A stretch of DNA of 64,000 nucleotides from Coriobacteriales bacterium (GCA_031264075.1 JAISEO010000092.1:15083-79082), one strand, 5' to 3'. Positions 1-10,514 are shown, counted from the first letter of the stretch. Program-made: numbers and translations. Notes: generated by a model not told the origin, from the sequence alone.

Positions 1-12
1 AAGGGCGCTGGA

Positions 13-3000
13 ATGGAGTTTGCTATGAGTCAAAGCCTGCAACCCGAGAAGCAGGGGCTGTACGATCCTCAGCAGGAGCATGATGCCTGCGGCATTGGCA
101 TGCTGGTTGATATACGGGGGCAAAAGAGTCACACAATGGTGAGCGATGCCATCGAGGTGCTTAACCGGCTCAAGCATCGGGGCGGTGCGGGAAGCGAGAA
201 GGACACGGGCGACGGTGCCGGCCTGCTGCTGCAGATTCCCCACGCGTTCTTTGCCGCTGCCAGCGAGACTGAGGGAAGAACCCTGCCCCAGGAGGGCGAC
301 TACGGCGTGGCCATGCTCTTTGCCTCGCCGGAGGAGGAGCGTTGCGGTGCGACACTCCGGCGCTTCGAGCAGATTGTGGATGCGGAGGGCCTCAAGGTAC
401 TCTGGATACGGCATGTGCCCGCCAACCATGCTGCCATCGGCCGTACCGCCGCACTGGTCTGCCCTTCCATCTATCAGATATTCGTCGAGCGCCCGGCACA
501 CGCCGGTTTCGCTGAGTTCGAGCGGGCCCTCTACGCGCTCTCCAAGCTCGCGACCCAGGCCATCCGCGCGGCCGAGAAGGACGCGGACCCGTACTTCTAC
601 GTGCTGAGCTGCTCCTCCAAAACCGTGGTGTACAAGGGCATGCTCCTGCCCCGGCAGCTCGCGGCCTTCTATCTCGACCTGCTCGACGAGCGCGTGGAGA
701 GTGCCATCGTGCTCGTGCATTCACGCTTCTCCACGAATACCTTTCCCAGTTGGGAGCGGGCGCATCCCCAGCGCATCCTCATCCATAACGGCGAGATCAA
801 CACGATACGCGGTAACGTCAACTGGACCAAGTCGCGTCAGGCGCGCTTTTCTTCCCCCCTGTTTGGAGAGGAACTCTCCCGCCTGTTTCCGGTTATCGAC
901 GAGGACGGCAGCGACTCGGCCATGCTGGACGACTTCATCCGCTTTCTCGTGGCCGCGGGCTACTCCCTGCCGCACGCCCTGGCCATGGCGGTGCCGGAGC
1001 CGTATGAGAACAACCCCCACATGCCCGAAGATCGGCGCGCCTTCTATGAGTACCATAACTGCCTGAGCGAGCCGTGGGACGGCCCTGCCGCGCTGGCCTT
1101 CAGCGACGGGGTCCTCTGTGGCGCCCTCCTCGACCGCAATGGGCTCAGGCCCTCGCGCTACACGGTTACCAAGCAGGGCGTGCTCGTGCTGGCAAGCGAG
1201 ATAGGCGTCTACGACGTTCCCGCAGACGAGGTGGCTACCCAAGGCCGCATACAGCCGGGAGAGATGCTCCTCGTGGACACCAGGGCGGGGCGTATCATCG
1301 AGGATGGCGAACTCAAGGCCGAGCTCGCAGACGAGCGGCCCTATGCGCAGTGGCTCCAGCACGGACTGAGGTCCCTCGACGAGCTGGCTGATGGCGTCTG
1401 TGCCGAGCCCGACGATGCAGCCGACACCGCGGCCGCCTCCCCAACCAACACAGTGGCCGATGCCGGGGCAGGCGCGGAGGCCGAGCATTCCTCACCACTC
1501 AGCCCCACGCAGCTGGAGCGGCTCTTCGGCTATACCTGGGAGGATCTCACCCTCACCCTGCGTGGTATGGCCGAGTCCAAGGACGACCCCATCGGCTCCA
1601 TGGGCACCGACATACCGCTGGCGGTTCTCAGCGAGCGGCCGCAGCTGCTCTACAGTTACTTCAAACAGCTCTTTGCGCAGGTGACGAACCCGCCCATAGA
1701 CTCACTCAGGGAGAAGAACGTCGTCTCCTCCAGCATCCTGCTCGGCAGTGAGGGCAACCTGCTTGAGCCGAGTGGGGCCTCCTGCCGGTTCATCAAGCAC
1801 CCGACACCGGTGCTCCTGCCCGAGGAGCTGCAGCAGCTCACGCGGCTCGACACGGACGATTTCAAGTCCATCGTCCTCCCCATGGTCTCCCCGGCGGTAC
1901 GCGGCTCGCTTGAGCCAGCGCTCGACGAGCTCTTCGAGGCGGCGGACCGTGCCGTGGCAGGCGGCCACAACATCCTCATCCTCTCCGACGCGGGGGCAGA
2001 TGCCACCCATGCTCCCATCCCCGCGCTGCTCGCATGCAGTGGGCTCCATCACCATCTCGTGCGTGCGGGCACCCGCACCGCGTGTTCGCTCGTGGTGGCC
2101 GCGGGAGACGCGTGGGAGACCCATCATCTGGCGATGCTCATCGGCTTTGGGGCCAACGCCGTGTGTCCGCATCGGGCCTTTGCCACCCTGGACGGCATGG
2201 TGCGGGAGGGGCAGCTTTCGGGGAGCGCCGAGGCCGCGCGCTGCAATTACGTGGCCGCTGCCACCAAGGGCATCGTCAAGACCATGAGCAAGATGGGCAT
2301 ATCCACGGTCCGGAGCTACCATGGCGCACAGGTATTTGAGGCCCTGGGCATGGGTGAGGCGGTCATTGAGCGTTACTTCACCGGCACGATAAGCCGCATT
2401 GGCGGGCTCGGCATCGAGCATATAGAGGCCGAGGTGCTCACGCGACACGCGGAGGCGCTTGCGAGCGATGATGCGGAGGCGCCCCTGCCGGCGGGAGGCA
2501 ATTACAAGTGGCGCGCGGAGGGCGAGTACCATCTCTTCAGCCCGGACAGCATCTTCTACCTGCAGCAGGCCTGCAAGACCGGCGACTTTGAGCTGTTCAA
2601 GACCTATTCCGCAGAAATCAACCGGCGGAGCGAGCAGCTCAAGAATATCAGAAGCCTCTTTGACATCCGTCTGGCCGAGAAGCCAGTCTCGCTTGAGACC
2701 GTCGAAAGCGAGGAGAGCATCGTCCGGCGTTTCAAGACCGGCGCGATGAGCTATGGCTCCATCAGTGCCGAGGCGCACGAAAGCCTGGCTCTTGCCATGA
2801 ACCGGCTCGGCGCCAAGAGCAATACCGGTGAGGGAGGGGAGGATCCCGCCCGCTTTGTACCAGACAGCAACGGGGAGAGCCGCTGCAGCGCCATCAAGCA
2901 GGTGGCCTCGGCCCGTTTTGGTGTGACCATCGAGTACCTCAGCAATGCCCGGGAGATCCAGATAAAGATGGCGCAGGGCGCCAAGCCGGGCGAAGGTGGC

Positions 3001-4668
3001 CACCTCCCCGGTGCCAAGGTCTACCCCTGGATAGCCGCCTGCCGTCACGCCACGCCGGGTGTGGAACTCATCAGTCCACCGCCTCATCACGACATCTATT
3101 CCATAGAGGACCTGGCGCAGCTTATCCACGACCTCAAAAATGCCAACCCCGCCGCACGCATCAGCGTCAAACTGGTGAGCGAGGCGGGCGTGGGCACCGT
3201 GGCCGTGGGGGTGGCCAAGGGGCTCGCGGACGTTATCGTCGTGTCCGGATACGACGGCGGCACCGGGGCCGCGGCGCGCACCTCCATCCGGCACGCGGGG
3301 CTCCCCTGGGAGCTGGGCGTGGCCGAGACCCATCAAAGCCTCCTCCTCAACGGTCTCCGCAACCGCGTCACGCTGGAGACCGACGGCAAACTGCTCACCG
3401 GACGGGACATCGTCATCGCGGCGCTTCTGGGTGCCGAGGAGTTTGCCTTTGCCACCTCGCCCCTCATCGCCCTGGGCTGCGACATGATGAGGGTCTGCAA
3501 CCTCGACAGCTGCCCGGTGGGCATCGCCACACAGAACCCCCTCCTGCGCAGCAAGTTCCGCGGCGGCCCCGAGTACGTGGAAAACCTCATGCGCTTTCTG
3601 GCCCGTGAGGTGCGCGACTGGATGAGCCGCATGGGACTCCGCTCCTTCAACGATCTCGTAGGGCGCACCGAGCTGCTGAGACAGTGGTGCCAGGCGGACT
3701 CGCCTAAGGCCCAGACCGTCGACCTCTCCGCCCTCATGTACCAGCCCAAGGCCAGCGACTCGGCAGGGGAGCGCTACTTCCAGCACGCCCAACAGCACCA
3801 CCTGAGCCGCTATATGGACGAGGCCGTGCTGATACCGCTGTGCGAGCGCGCCATTGAGCACGGGCAGGCGGTGGAGTATGAGCTACCCATTGGCAACCAG
3901 GACCGGACGGTAGGCTGTCGTCTCTCGGGCACCATCGCCTTGAAATACGGGAGCGCCGGCCTGCCCCCAGACACCATCAGGCTCCGCTTTACCGGCTACG
4001 CCGGGCAGAGTTTTGGCGCCTTCGTGGGCCCGGGCATCAGCCTCTACCTCGTTGGCGGGGCAAACGACTACCTCGGCAAGGGCCTCTGTGGCGGCAGCAT
4101 CACCGTCACCCAGCCAAAACCCCTGCTGCAAAGCAGCGCGGAAAACACGACCATAGGCAACGTGAGCTTCTTTGGTGCCACCAGTGGGGAGGGCTACATC
4201 TCCGGACGCGCCGGCGAACGCTTCTGCGTGAGGAACTCCGGCGCCACGGTGGTGGTAGAGGGCGTGGGCGACCACGGCTGCGAATACATGACCGGCGGTG
4301 TGGCGGTCGTGCTGGGCACGATAGGCCGCAACTTTGCCGCTGGCATGAGCGGTGGCATCGCCTACCTCTACGACCCAAGCGGGTCCTCACGAGAACGATG
4401 CAATCTGAGCAAGGCCGCGCTCTACCCACTCGACGAAGCCGACAGGACGCTGCTACGCGAGCTCCTCGACAGGCATATCGCCGCCACCGCGAGCCCCGTG
4501 GCACGCCGCATACGAAATGGCAACGAGGCCGAGCTGGACAGTTTCATCAAACTCGTGCCGGACGAATATAAGAAGGTCCTCGATGCCCTCGCAGATGAGC
4601 GCATACAGGCCCTGGAGCCCGACGAGCAGCTGCTGGCGGCCTTTCATGCGGTGACGGCGGCGGCCTGA
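13..4668 (+). CDS. gltB: glutamate synthase large subunit
   Basis: 1551-aa ORF. Has an Ntn-amidotransferase N-terminus (..HDACGIGMLVD..), an FMN/Fe-S core (..NTGEGGED.., ..ISPPPHHDIYSIEDL..) and a C-terminal GXGXG beta-helix region. It is followed directly by gltD. Confidence 0.95.
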   Translation: MEFAMSQSLQPEKQGLYDPQQEHDACGIGMLVDIRGQKSHTMVSDAIEVLNRLKHRGGAGSEKDTGDGAGLLLQIPHAFFAAASETEGRTLPQEGDYGVAMLFASPEEERCGATLRRFEQIVDAEGLKVLWIRHVPANHAAIGRTAALVCPSIYQIFVERPAHAGFAEFERALYALSKLATQAIRAAEKDADPYFYVLSCSSKTVVYKGMLLPRQLAAFYLDLLDERVESAIVLVHSRFSTNTFPSWERAHPQRILIHNGEINTIRGNVNWTKSRQARFSSPLFGEELSRLFPVIDEDGSDSAMLDDFIRFLVAAGYSLPHALAMAVPEPYENNPHMPEDRRAFYEYHNCLSEPWDGPAALAFSDGVLCGALLDRNGLRPSRYTVTKQGVLVLASEIGVYDVPADEVATQGRIQPGEMLLVDTRAGRIIEDGELKAELADERPYAQWLQHGLRSLDELADGVCAEPDDAADTAAASPTNTVADAGAGAEAEHSSPLSPTQLERLFGYTWEDLTLTLRGMAESKDDPIGSMGTDIPLAVLSERPQLLYSYFKQLFAQVTNPPIDSLREKNVVSSSILLGSEGNLLEPSGASCRFIKHPTPVLLPEELQQLTRLDTDDFKSIVLPMVSPAVRGSLEPALDELFEAADRAVAGGHNILILSDAGADATHAPIPALLACSGLHHHLVRAGTRTACSLVVAAGDAWETHHLAMLIGFGANAVCPHRAFATLDGMVREGQLSGSAEAARCNYVAAATKGIVKTMSKMGISTVRSYHGAQVFEALGMGEAVIERYFTGTISRIGGLGIEHIEAEVLTRHAEALASDDAEAPLPAGGNYKWRAEGEYHLFSPDSIFYLQQACKTGDFELFKTYSAEINRRSEQLKNIRSLFDIRLAEKPVSLETVESEESIVRRFKTGAMSYGSISAEAHESLALAMNRLGAKSNTGEGGEDPARFVPDSNGESRCSAIKQVASARFGVTIEYLSNAREIQIKMAQGAKPGEGGHLPGAKVYPWIAACRHATPGVELISPPPHHDIYSIEDLAQLIHDLKNANPAARISVKLVSEAGVGTVAVGVAKGLADVIVVSGYDGGTGAAARTSIRHAGLPWELGVAETHQSLLLNGLRNRVTLETDGKLLTGRDIVIAALLGAEEFAFATSPLIALGCDMMRVCNLDSCPVGIATQNPLLRSKFRGGPEYVENLMRFLAREVRDWMSRMGLRSFNDLVGRTELLRQWCQADSPKAQTVDLSALMYQPKASDSAGERYFQHAQQHHLSRYMDEAVLIPLCERAIEHGQAVEYELPIGNQDRTVGCRLSGTIALKYGSAGLPPDTIRLRFTGYAGQSFGAFVGPGISLYLVGGANDYLGKGLCGGSITVTQPKPLLQSSAENTTIGNVSFFGATSGEGYISGRAGERFCVRNSGATVVVEGVGDHGCEYMTGGVAVVLGTIGRNFAAGMSGGIAYLYDPSGSSRERCNLSKAALYPLDEADRTLLRELLDRHIAATASPVARRIRNGNEAELDSFIKLVPDEYKKVLDALADERIQALEPDEQLLAAFHAVTAAA

Positions 4669-4730
4669 TACCGTGTCTGAGTGCCTGTTTGCAAGATGGC
4701 CCGAAACAGGGTCTGAGAGGAAGAACATTC

Positions 4731-6209
4731 ATGGGTAAGACCACAGGTTTCATGGAATACGACCGCGCCGAGGCGGCACATCGCCCCGTGCGGGAGCGCA
4801 TCGGCGACTATGACCCCTATCTGCTGCCCTCATCCGAGGCGGACATCCGCACACAGAGCGCGCGCTGCATGGACTGTGGTGTGCCCTTCTGCCATGCGGC
4901 GCTGCACGTGGCCGGCACCAGCATCGGCTGCCCCCTGGGCACGCTGATACCGGAGATAAACGATCTCGCCTACCGCGGAGACTGGGAAATGGCCTATCGA
5001 CGCCTTGCGCTCCGTCATCCCTTTCCGGAGATAACGGGGAGGGTCTGCCCGGCGCTCTGCGAGGGAAGCTGTGTGGAGGGCAATTACTCCGAGCCGGTGG
5101 CCATCAAGGACATAGAGCGCACGCTTGCCACGCAGGGTCTCGCCCAGGGCCTCTCCCGCCCCCGCATTCCCGCGCCCACAGGCAAGACGGTGGCTGTTGT
5201 GGGAAGCGGCCCTTCCGGCCTGGCAACGGCCAACGCACTCTCGCTCCTCGGGCACCGGGTGCGGGTCTACGAGCGGGAGGATCGCCCGGGTGGTTTTCTC
5301 CTGTACGGCATCCCCAATATGAAGCTCGAAAAAAGCATCATCGACGCGCGCTGTGCGCTGCTCACGGCACAGGGCGTGGAGTTCTGCTGCAACTGCGAGA
5401 TAGGAACGGACCGGAGCATTGAACAGCTCAAGGCAGAGCACGACGCGGTCGTTGTCTGTATAGGTGCTCGACAACAACGGCGTATGCAGGTACCCGGGAG
5501 CGATGCGCAGGGCGTGTACACGGCCATCGAGTACCTCACGGCAACGACGAGGCAGCTTTTGGACGGCACCGCCCTGGCCGCAGGCCTCAGTGCCGAGGGC
5601 AGGGAGGTCATCGTCGTGGGCGGCGGCGATACGGGCACCGACTGTATAGCCACGGCCATCCGGCAGGGTGCCGCAAACGTCTCCGCGCTGGAGATCATGC
5701 CCGCCCTGCCCGCGGAGCGCGCGGCAGACAACCCCTGGCCGCTCTGGCCGCGGGTGCGCAAGACCGATTATGGTCATGAAGAGGCCCTTGAAGTGTTTGG
5801 CAGAGAGGTGCGGGAGTACGAGACAACGGTCAGCGAGGTCTTGCAGGACGCGGGTCGCTGTATCGGTATCGTGAGCGTGCAGGTGCGCTGGGAACGCGAC
5901 GGCAGCGGCAGGTTCACGCCGGTAGAGCTGCCGGAGACCGCCGCTACGCGCAAGGCAGACCTCATCCTCACCGCCATGGGCTTCACCGGTGTTGAGCCAG
6001 CCCTGGCGGCCAAACTCGGGCTTCCCACCACGCCGCGCGGCACCTTCCAGGCAAGCGAGGGCGATGCGCTCGGCAGAGGGGGCTTTGCCACGCCGGTGCC
6101 GGGAGTATTCGTAGCCGGCGACGCGCGCAGGGGCCCGAGCCTCGTGGTCTGGGCTTTTCAGGAGGGCATACGCGCGGCACGCGAATGCGACAAGTACCTC
6201 AGGCGCTGA
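4731..6209 (+). CDS. gltD: glutamate synthase small subunit (NADPH-dependent)
   Basis: Start taken at MGKTTGFMEYDR, inside the 4689 ORF. Has the Cys cluster CMDCGVPFC and the dinucleotide fold VAVVGSGPSGLA. Lies immediately downstream of gltB. Confidence 0.9.
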   Translation: MGKTTGFMEYDRAEAAHRPVRERIGDYDPYLLPSSEADIRTQSARCMDCGVPFCHAALHVAGTSIGCPLGTLIPEINDLAYRGDWEMAYRRLALRHPFPEITGRVCPALCEGSCVEGNYSEPVAIKDIERTLATQGLAQGLSRPRIPAPTGKTVAVVGSGPSGLATANALSLLGHRVRVYEREDRPGGFLLYGIPNMKLEKSIIDARCALLTAQGVEFCCNCEIGTDRSIEQLKAEHDAVVVCIGARQQRRMQVPGSDAQGVYTAIEYLTATTRQLLDGTALAAGLSAEGREVIVVGGGDTGTDCIATAIRQGAANVSALEIMPALPAERAADNPWPLWPRVRKTDYGHEEALEVFGREVREYETTVSEVLQDAGRCIGIVSVQVRWERDGSGRFTPVELPETAATRKADLILTAMGFTGVEPALAAKLGLPTTPRGTFQASEGDALGRGGFATPVPGVFVAGDARRGPSLVVWAFQEGIRAARECDKYLRR

Positions 6210-6221
6210 GGCGGGAGGGGC

Positions 6222-6770
6222 TCAGGCCTTGTAGGCCTGCAGGATGTCCTTGGCCACCTCGCGTTTGGGCAGCCGGGTGTCCATGGCTCGCTTCTCGATG
6301 AAACGATGGGCTTCTGTCTCCGTCATCTGCGTGGAGGCGACGAGAACACACTTGGCCCGCCCGATGAGGCGCGCTTCTTCCAGGAGTGTCCGCGCGCGTC
6401 TGTTCTCCTCGCGGAGCGCCGCAAGTTGCTTCTGCATGGCCCCCACCACGGCGAGTGTGTGCTCCAGAAGCGCCGGCTCTATGGGCTTGACCAGCGTGAT
6501 GACCCCGTCCTCGTAGCCCTCGGGCACCGCGGAGCTGAAGAGGATGGTGGTGACACCGTATTCCTGCACGGCATCGCGCGCGAGCCCCTCGGCCTGGTCG
6601 TCGGCAAGCGGCGCGTTGATGACGACGAGATCCCATTCGTGCGATGAGAGGGCGCGCCTGGCCTTGGCTCCCAGGGCAAGGCTCACGCTCTGCTCGTAAT
6701 AGCGCGGCACCAGCAGACGGTCGAGTACGCGGGCCACCTTCTCGCTGCCAACGATGAGTGCTCTCTCCAC
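6222..6770 (-). CDS. response-regulator-like protein with C-terminal ANTAR RNA-binding domain
   Basis: Receiver-like N-terminus (..WDLVVINAPLAD..). The C-terminus (..RLIGRAKCVLVASTQMTETEAHRFIEKRAMDTRLPKREVAKDIL..) is typical of ANTAR antiterminators. Confidence 0.8.
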   Translation of the reverse strand: MERALIVGSEKVARVLDRLLVPRYYEQSVSLALGAKARRALSSHEWDLVVINAPLADDQAEGLARDAVQEYGVTTILFSSAVPEGYEDGVITLVKPIEPALLEHTLAVVGAMQKQLAALREENRRARTLLEEARLIGRAKCVLVASTQMTETEAHRFIEKRAMDTRLPKREVAKDILQAYKA

Positions 6771-6819
6771 CGTGCCCTACGCTCCCGCTTCTGCCTGTGT
6801 CCTCGCCCCGGACTCTGGG

Positions 6820-8268
6820 CTATATCTGCGCAAAATACTGCTTCCATTCAAAACTGGACCGATCCTCGACAAGCGAGCGTTTCAACCCATCTCTCACCGT
6901 GCGTTGCAGCTCCTTCAGTTCTCCAAACGTGGTCTCGGGCAGGGCACGGTACTGCTCCCATTCCGCCTGTTTCATCGCAAAGATGCGCTCGAGTGCGTCC
7001 TGCGGCAGGCTGTTACGGATAAAGCTGCTGGAGCGTGCCGCAACCAGCGCCTCGCCAAGGTCTGTGGGGAGCTTGAAATCCCCCTCGTGTAGTGCTGCGA
7101 CTGTCTGGGCGAGTGAGCTGCCCTGCTCCATGCCCTCAAGCCCTGCCGCAAGGAGGAGGCTCAGCATATAGTAGGGGTTGCACAGTGCGTCAAAACCTCC
7201 CAGTTCCACGCGTCGCGCCGTGTCTTCCTCATACGGAATGCGTATCAGCGAAGAGGAGCCGCCCTGTGCCCAGCTGAGGTAGTCGAGGGCGGTGCGAGCT
7301 GCTGCGGCGGATGATGAGGATGATGAGGGGGAGGCGGTGGCATCGGAGAGCCCTGCGGCACCGTCACGCTCGGCAGCGTGCGCGTAGGCATTCGTAGAAG
7401 GCTGGAGAAAGAGCAGCAGCTCGGGCATATGCGCGAGAATGCCGGCCATGAAGCGGGAGAAGTCCTCTTCGGACACCTCGGCGGCGCCGGGCATGCCTTC
7501 AAGCGCAAGCGTAACAGAAAGGCGGCTGTCGGGAGCGCCTGCCAGCGGGCGCGGCATGAAGCTGGCAAACAGGCCGTGCTGTGCCGCGATGGTGCGCACG
7601 ACGGTCTTGTAGGTGATGATGTCGTCCGCACAGCTGAGGATGTCCGTGGCCCGACACCAGATTTTATTCTGGCCGGGGCCCCTCTCATGGTAGCTTCCCA
7701 TGGGAGCCATGCCCAGCTCCTCCAGGGTCAGGCAGATGTCCCGTCGGACATTCTCGCACTGGTCCAGGGGAGCGATGTCGAGGTACCCGGCCTGGTCGTG
7801 TGGCGTATGGGTCGGAACACCCTCGTCGTCCAGCTCAAAGAGATAGAAGCCGCACTCACAGCCCACCTTGACCAGGAGGCCTCTGTCCAGCGCCTTCTGT
7901 CGTGCTCTGCGCAGGAGACCGCGGCCATCGGCGGCGAAGGGCCGCCCGTCCCTGTCCACCACGTCACAGTACATACGGGCGGCCCGTCCACTCTGCGGAC
8001 GCCAGGGGAGCACCGCCAGGGTTGCCGGGTCGGGCCGCAGGATGAGGCTCGCCCGCTCGGCCTGGTCGGGAGTGTGTGGAGCCGAGCGTTCACCCCCGTC
8101 AAGAACGGCGGCATCAAAGGCCGCACCGGCCTCAAACACCTGGGGCAGGTAGTCGGCCATCACCGCCACGTTTCTGGGCGTGCCCCGCAGGTCGCAGAAG
8201 AGCAGACGCACGAACTTGACGTCATTGGCCTGCACAAACTCCAGCACTTCCTCTTTGGTAAAACTCAT
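6820..8268 (-). CDS. glnA: glutamine synthetase (type I-like)
   Basis: N-terminus MSFTKEEVLEFVQANDVKFVRLLFCDLRGTPRNV is the classic GS beta-grasp start, and the ..SSLIRIPY.. motif is present. An alternative upstream start exists at 8283. Contains a poly-Ser/Ala insertion. Confidence 0.85.
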   Translation of the reverse strand: MSFTKEEVLEFVQANDVKFVRLLFCDLRGTPRNVAVMADYLPQVFEAGAAFDAAVLDGGERSAPHTPDQAERASLILRPDPATLAVLPWRPQSGRAARMYCDVVDRDGRPFAADGRGLLRRARQKALDRGLLVKVGCECGFYLFELDDEGVPTHTPHDQAGYLDIAPLDQCENVRRDICLTLEELGMAPMGSYHERGPGQNKIWCRATDILSCADDIITYKTVVRTIAAQHGLFASFMPRPLAGAPDSRLSVTLALEGMPGAAEVSEEDFSRFMAGILAHMPELLLFLQPSTNAYAHAAERDGAAGLSDATASPSSSSSSAAAARTALDYLSWAQGGSSSLIRIPYEEDTARRVELGGFDALCNPYYMLSLLLAAGLEGMEQGSSLAQTVAALHEGDFKLPTDLGEALVAARSSSFIRNSLPQDALERIFAMKQAEWEQYRALPETTFGELKELQRTVRDGLKRSLVEDRSSFEWKQYFAQI

Positions 8269-8311
8269 GGCAGCTCCTTTCAAGCCGGCTGCGTCCCATG
8301 GCTGTAGACTC

Positions 8312-9730
8312 CTATGATAGCTCTTCTCCTACGCTGCGCCTCCGGGGCTCCTGCTCAGTGCTGTCTTCCCTGAAGAGCCTGTTCCAGTAGGCCCGTACCA
8401 TGATAAGCCCCATGATGCAGGCGGCGAGATCCGAGAACGGGCTTGCCCATAAGACGCCCTCGACTCCGAGGAAGGAGCAGAAGATCGTGGCCATCGGTAT
8501 GAGGAATACCGCTTGCCGCGAAAGCGTGAGAATGGCGGCCTGGACGGGTTTGCCAATGGCCTGGAAGAAGATGCCCGAGACCATGCCGGGGCCAATGGTA
8601 AAGCAGAGCAGCATGCAGATGCGAAAGCACTTTACGGCAAATTCGGCATAGAGATCGGACTCTGTGTCAAAGAGGCTCGAAATCTGCTCCGGCCAGGTCT
8701 GGAATACCACAAAGCCCACGGTACAGACGACGGCAGACCAGAACAGCGCAAGCTTGAAGGTCCTTTTGACACGCGCATACTGCCTGCTGCCATAGTTGTA
8801 GCCCAGGATGGGCTGCACGCCCACGGCGAGGCCGAGCGCGATGCCGGTGAGCAGATAGGAGACCTTTACCGCAACACCATAGGCGGCGAGCGGAATATCC
8901 GAGCCATACTCGCTGAGGCCGCCATAGCGCACGAGCAGGTTGTTCATGACGAAGATGACCGCCACCGTCACTATCTGAGCGATAAAACTCGAAAAGCCCA
9001 GCGCAAGGATGCGTCCACAGATGCGCGGGCGCAGGATAAAAGAGCTGGCATCGAGCTTGATGGTCTTGAAGCGGAACATGCAGACGGCAAAGAATGCCGC
9101 GTTAAGCCCCTGTCCCGTAACCGTGGCAAGGGCGGAGCCCGTCACACCCCATCCGCAGACGAAGATGAAGAGGGGGTTGAGGATGATGTTGACCGCAAAG
9201 CCCATCAGCAGGCCTATCATGGTGATGTTTGGCCTGCCGTCCGCGCGGATAACACCGCCAAACCCACAGCAAATGGCACCAAAGAGAAACCCGAGAACCA
9301 TCACAAAGCCAAAGTCGAGCGCATAGGGCAACACGGCATCGGTGGCACCAAACAATCGGCAGAGTGGCTCCAGAAAGGCAAGGCACACGAGCGTCATGGC
9401 GATGCTTGCGATAACAATCATGACGATGGCATTGCCCACGCCGTGGGCGGCGGTCTTCTTCTCGCCCATACCAAGCTTGAGGCTCATGAAGGTTGCCGCG
9501 CCGTCTCCAATCATCAGGCCTATGGCCATGAGCGCAATGGAAAGGGGGAGGATGATACTGGTGGCCGCATTGCCCAGATAGCCCACCCCCTGCCCGATGA
9601 ACACCTGGTCCACCATGTTGTAGAGTGAGTTAACGAGCATGGCGATGATGCTCGGCACGGCAAAGCGCACCATGAGCCTGCCGACCTTCTCTGTGCCCAG
9701 CGGATTTACTTTTGCAATAGTCTCTGCCAT
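8312..9730 (-). CDS. MATE family efflux transporter
   Basis: 472-aa polytopic membrane protein. The N-terminus (..LMVRFAVPSIIAMLVNSLYNMVDQVFIGQGVG..) is typical of MATE/NorM proteins. Confidence 0.85.
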   Translation of the reverse strand: MAETIAKVNPLGTEKVGRLMVRFAVPSIIAMLVNSLYNMVDQVFIGQGVGYLGNAATSIILPLSIALMAIGLMIGDGAATFMSLKLGMGEKKTAAHGVGNAIVMIVIASIAMTLVCLAFLEPLCRLFGATDAVLPYALDFGFVMVLGFLFGAICCGFGGVIRADGRPNITMIGLLMGFAVNIILNPLFIFVCGWGVTGSALATVTGQGLNAAFFAVCMFRFKTIKLDASSFILRPRICGRILALGFSSFIAQIVTVAVIFVMNNLLVRYGGLSEYGSDIPLAAYGVAVKVSYLLTGIALGLAVGVQPILGYNYGSRQYARVKRTFKLALFWSAVVCTVGFVVFQTWPEQISSLFDTESDLYAEFAVKCFRICMLLCFTIGPGMVSGIFFQAIGKPVQAAILTLSRQAVFLIPMATIFCSFLGVEGVLWASPFSDLAACIMGLIMVRAYWNRLFREDSTEQEPRRRSVGEELS

Positions 9731-9972
9731 TCCTGCCCTCGTGTGTTGTCCGAGTTACCCATGATAAAGGTTTTGGGGAAAGTGTGTTTGGTGCGGCATC
9801 TCAATAAAGCAGCTTTGCCTTTGATGCAGAATTTACCGGTACTTGGTGTACGAACGGTGCAACTCATTCTTGCCGCGGCACCAAAAGTAAAGATGCAATA
9901 TGCGAATCTCGCACCAAAAGTGAATCTACGGTATTCCTGATCCCTCGCAGGTGTAACGCGGCGTCAGCTCAG

Positions 9973-10227
9973 CTACTTGCTCATATGCTCTTCCCAAAAC
10001 ACCGTAGCCCTTGTACTGTTGCGTTTGAGATATTTGAGAATCTTGGTCATGTCTTGATCGGGAATGCGAGCTTTGTTGTGTTCTAAGATAACATCACCGT
10101 TTCTTATCCACACCTGGGCAAAGTTGTTATAGTCGTTCAGGCGTGAGACATGGTAGTGGACCGGCTCGTCGCGGTCGTTAGAGTAGAAGAAGATAACGTA
10201 AGCCAGGATTTCTGCGAACTTCGACAT
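9973..10227 (-). CDS. DUF4160-like small protein
   Basis: 84 aa. The motif ..YVIFFYSNDRDEPVHYHV.. matches the DUF4160 signature as I remember it. Sits in the low-GC region. Confidence 0.65.
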   Translation of the reverse strand: MSKFAEILAYVIFFYSNDRDEPVHYHVSRLNDYNNFAQVWIRNGDVILEHNKARIPDQDMTKILKYLKRNSTRATVFWEEHMSK

Positions 10228-10514
10228 TACTGCCTCGTGCCGTCGGCGTATTCGTAAGCCAGCTCGTAGATTATCTCGCGATTGTCTGCCAGATAGCCCT
10301 CCAAAGCCTGCAACTCCATGAGCGTGAAGCCATACGTTTTGGTGGGGACAATCGAGGGAAGCGTTCCCTCAGCGTAGTGAAAGACCTCCGGGTCGTCCAT
10401 CGCCAATTGTTCAAAGTAAAACGGTATACTATCGGCATCATTCACTTTGCGCATATCGTTGAAAGTCAGGCAGACGCCGTTGCTATCTTTTGAAAAAAAG
10501 TGTCTCATGACCAT
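10227..10514 (-). CDS. hypothetical protein, upstream partner of the DUF4160 gene
   Basis: Start taken at MVMRHFF. The longer 10718 ORF extension is an artefact of reading through 33-bp repeats on the other strand. Its stop overlaps the downstream gene's start. Confidence 0.35.
   Translation of the reverse strand: MVMRHFFSKDSNGVCLTFNDMRKVNDADSIPFYFEQLAMDDPEVFHYAEGTLPSIVPTKTYGFTLMELQALEGYLADNREIIYELAYEYADGTRQ

Noticed and set aside
1702-3861. 719-aa ORF antisense to gltB, and similar long antisense or alternate-frame ORFs (30166-31308, 31330-32856, 33157-34428, 34732-36459, 54020-55327, 60017-61219, 41557-42855).
   Set aside because: Each overlaps a gene with clear family motifs on the other strand. 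Their translations are Arg/Gly/His/Ala-rich and of low information content, which is the usual stop-codon-poor artefact of high-GC DNA.
7290-7345. Poly-Ser/Ala insertion in GlnA as a functional novelty.
   Set aside because: It is a low-complexity loop insertion in an otherwise intact enzyme. Nothing in the sequence suggests a specific role.
9731-9972. Short repeats (gcaccaaaagt twice, at about 9878 and 9911) at the left island edge as a possible att site.
   Set aside because: No matching sequence was found near the recombinase end of the island. The repeats are short and could arise by chance.
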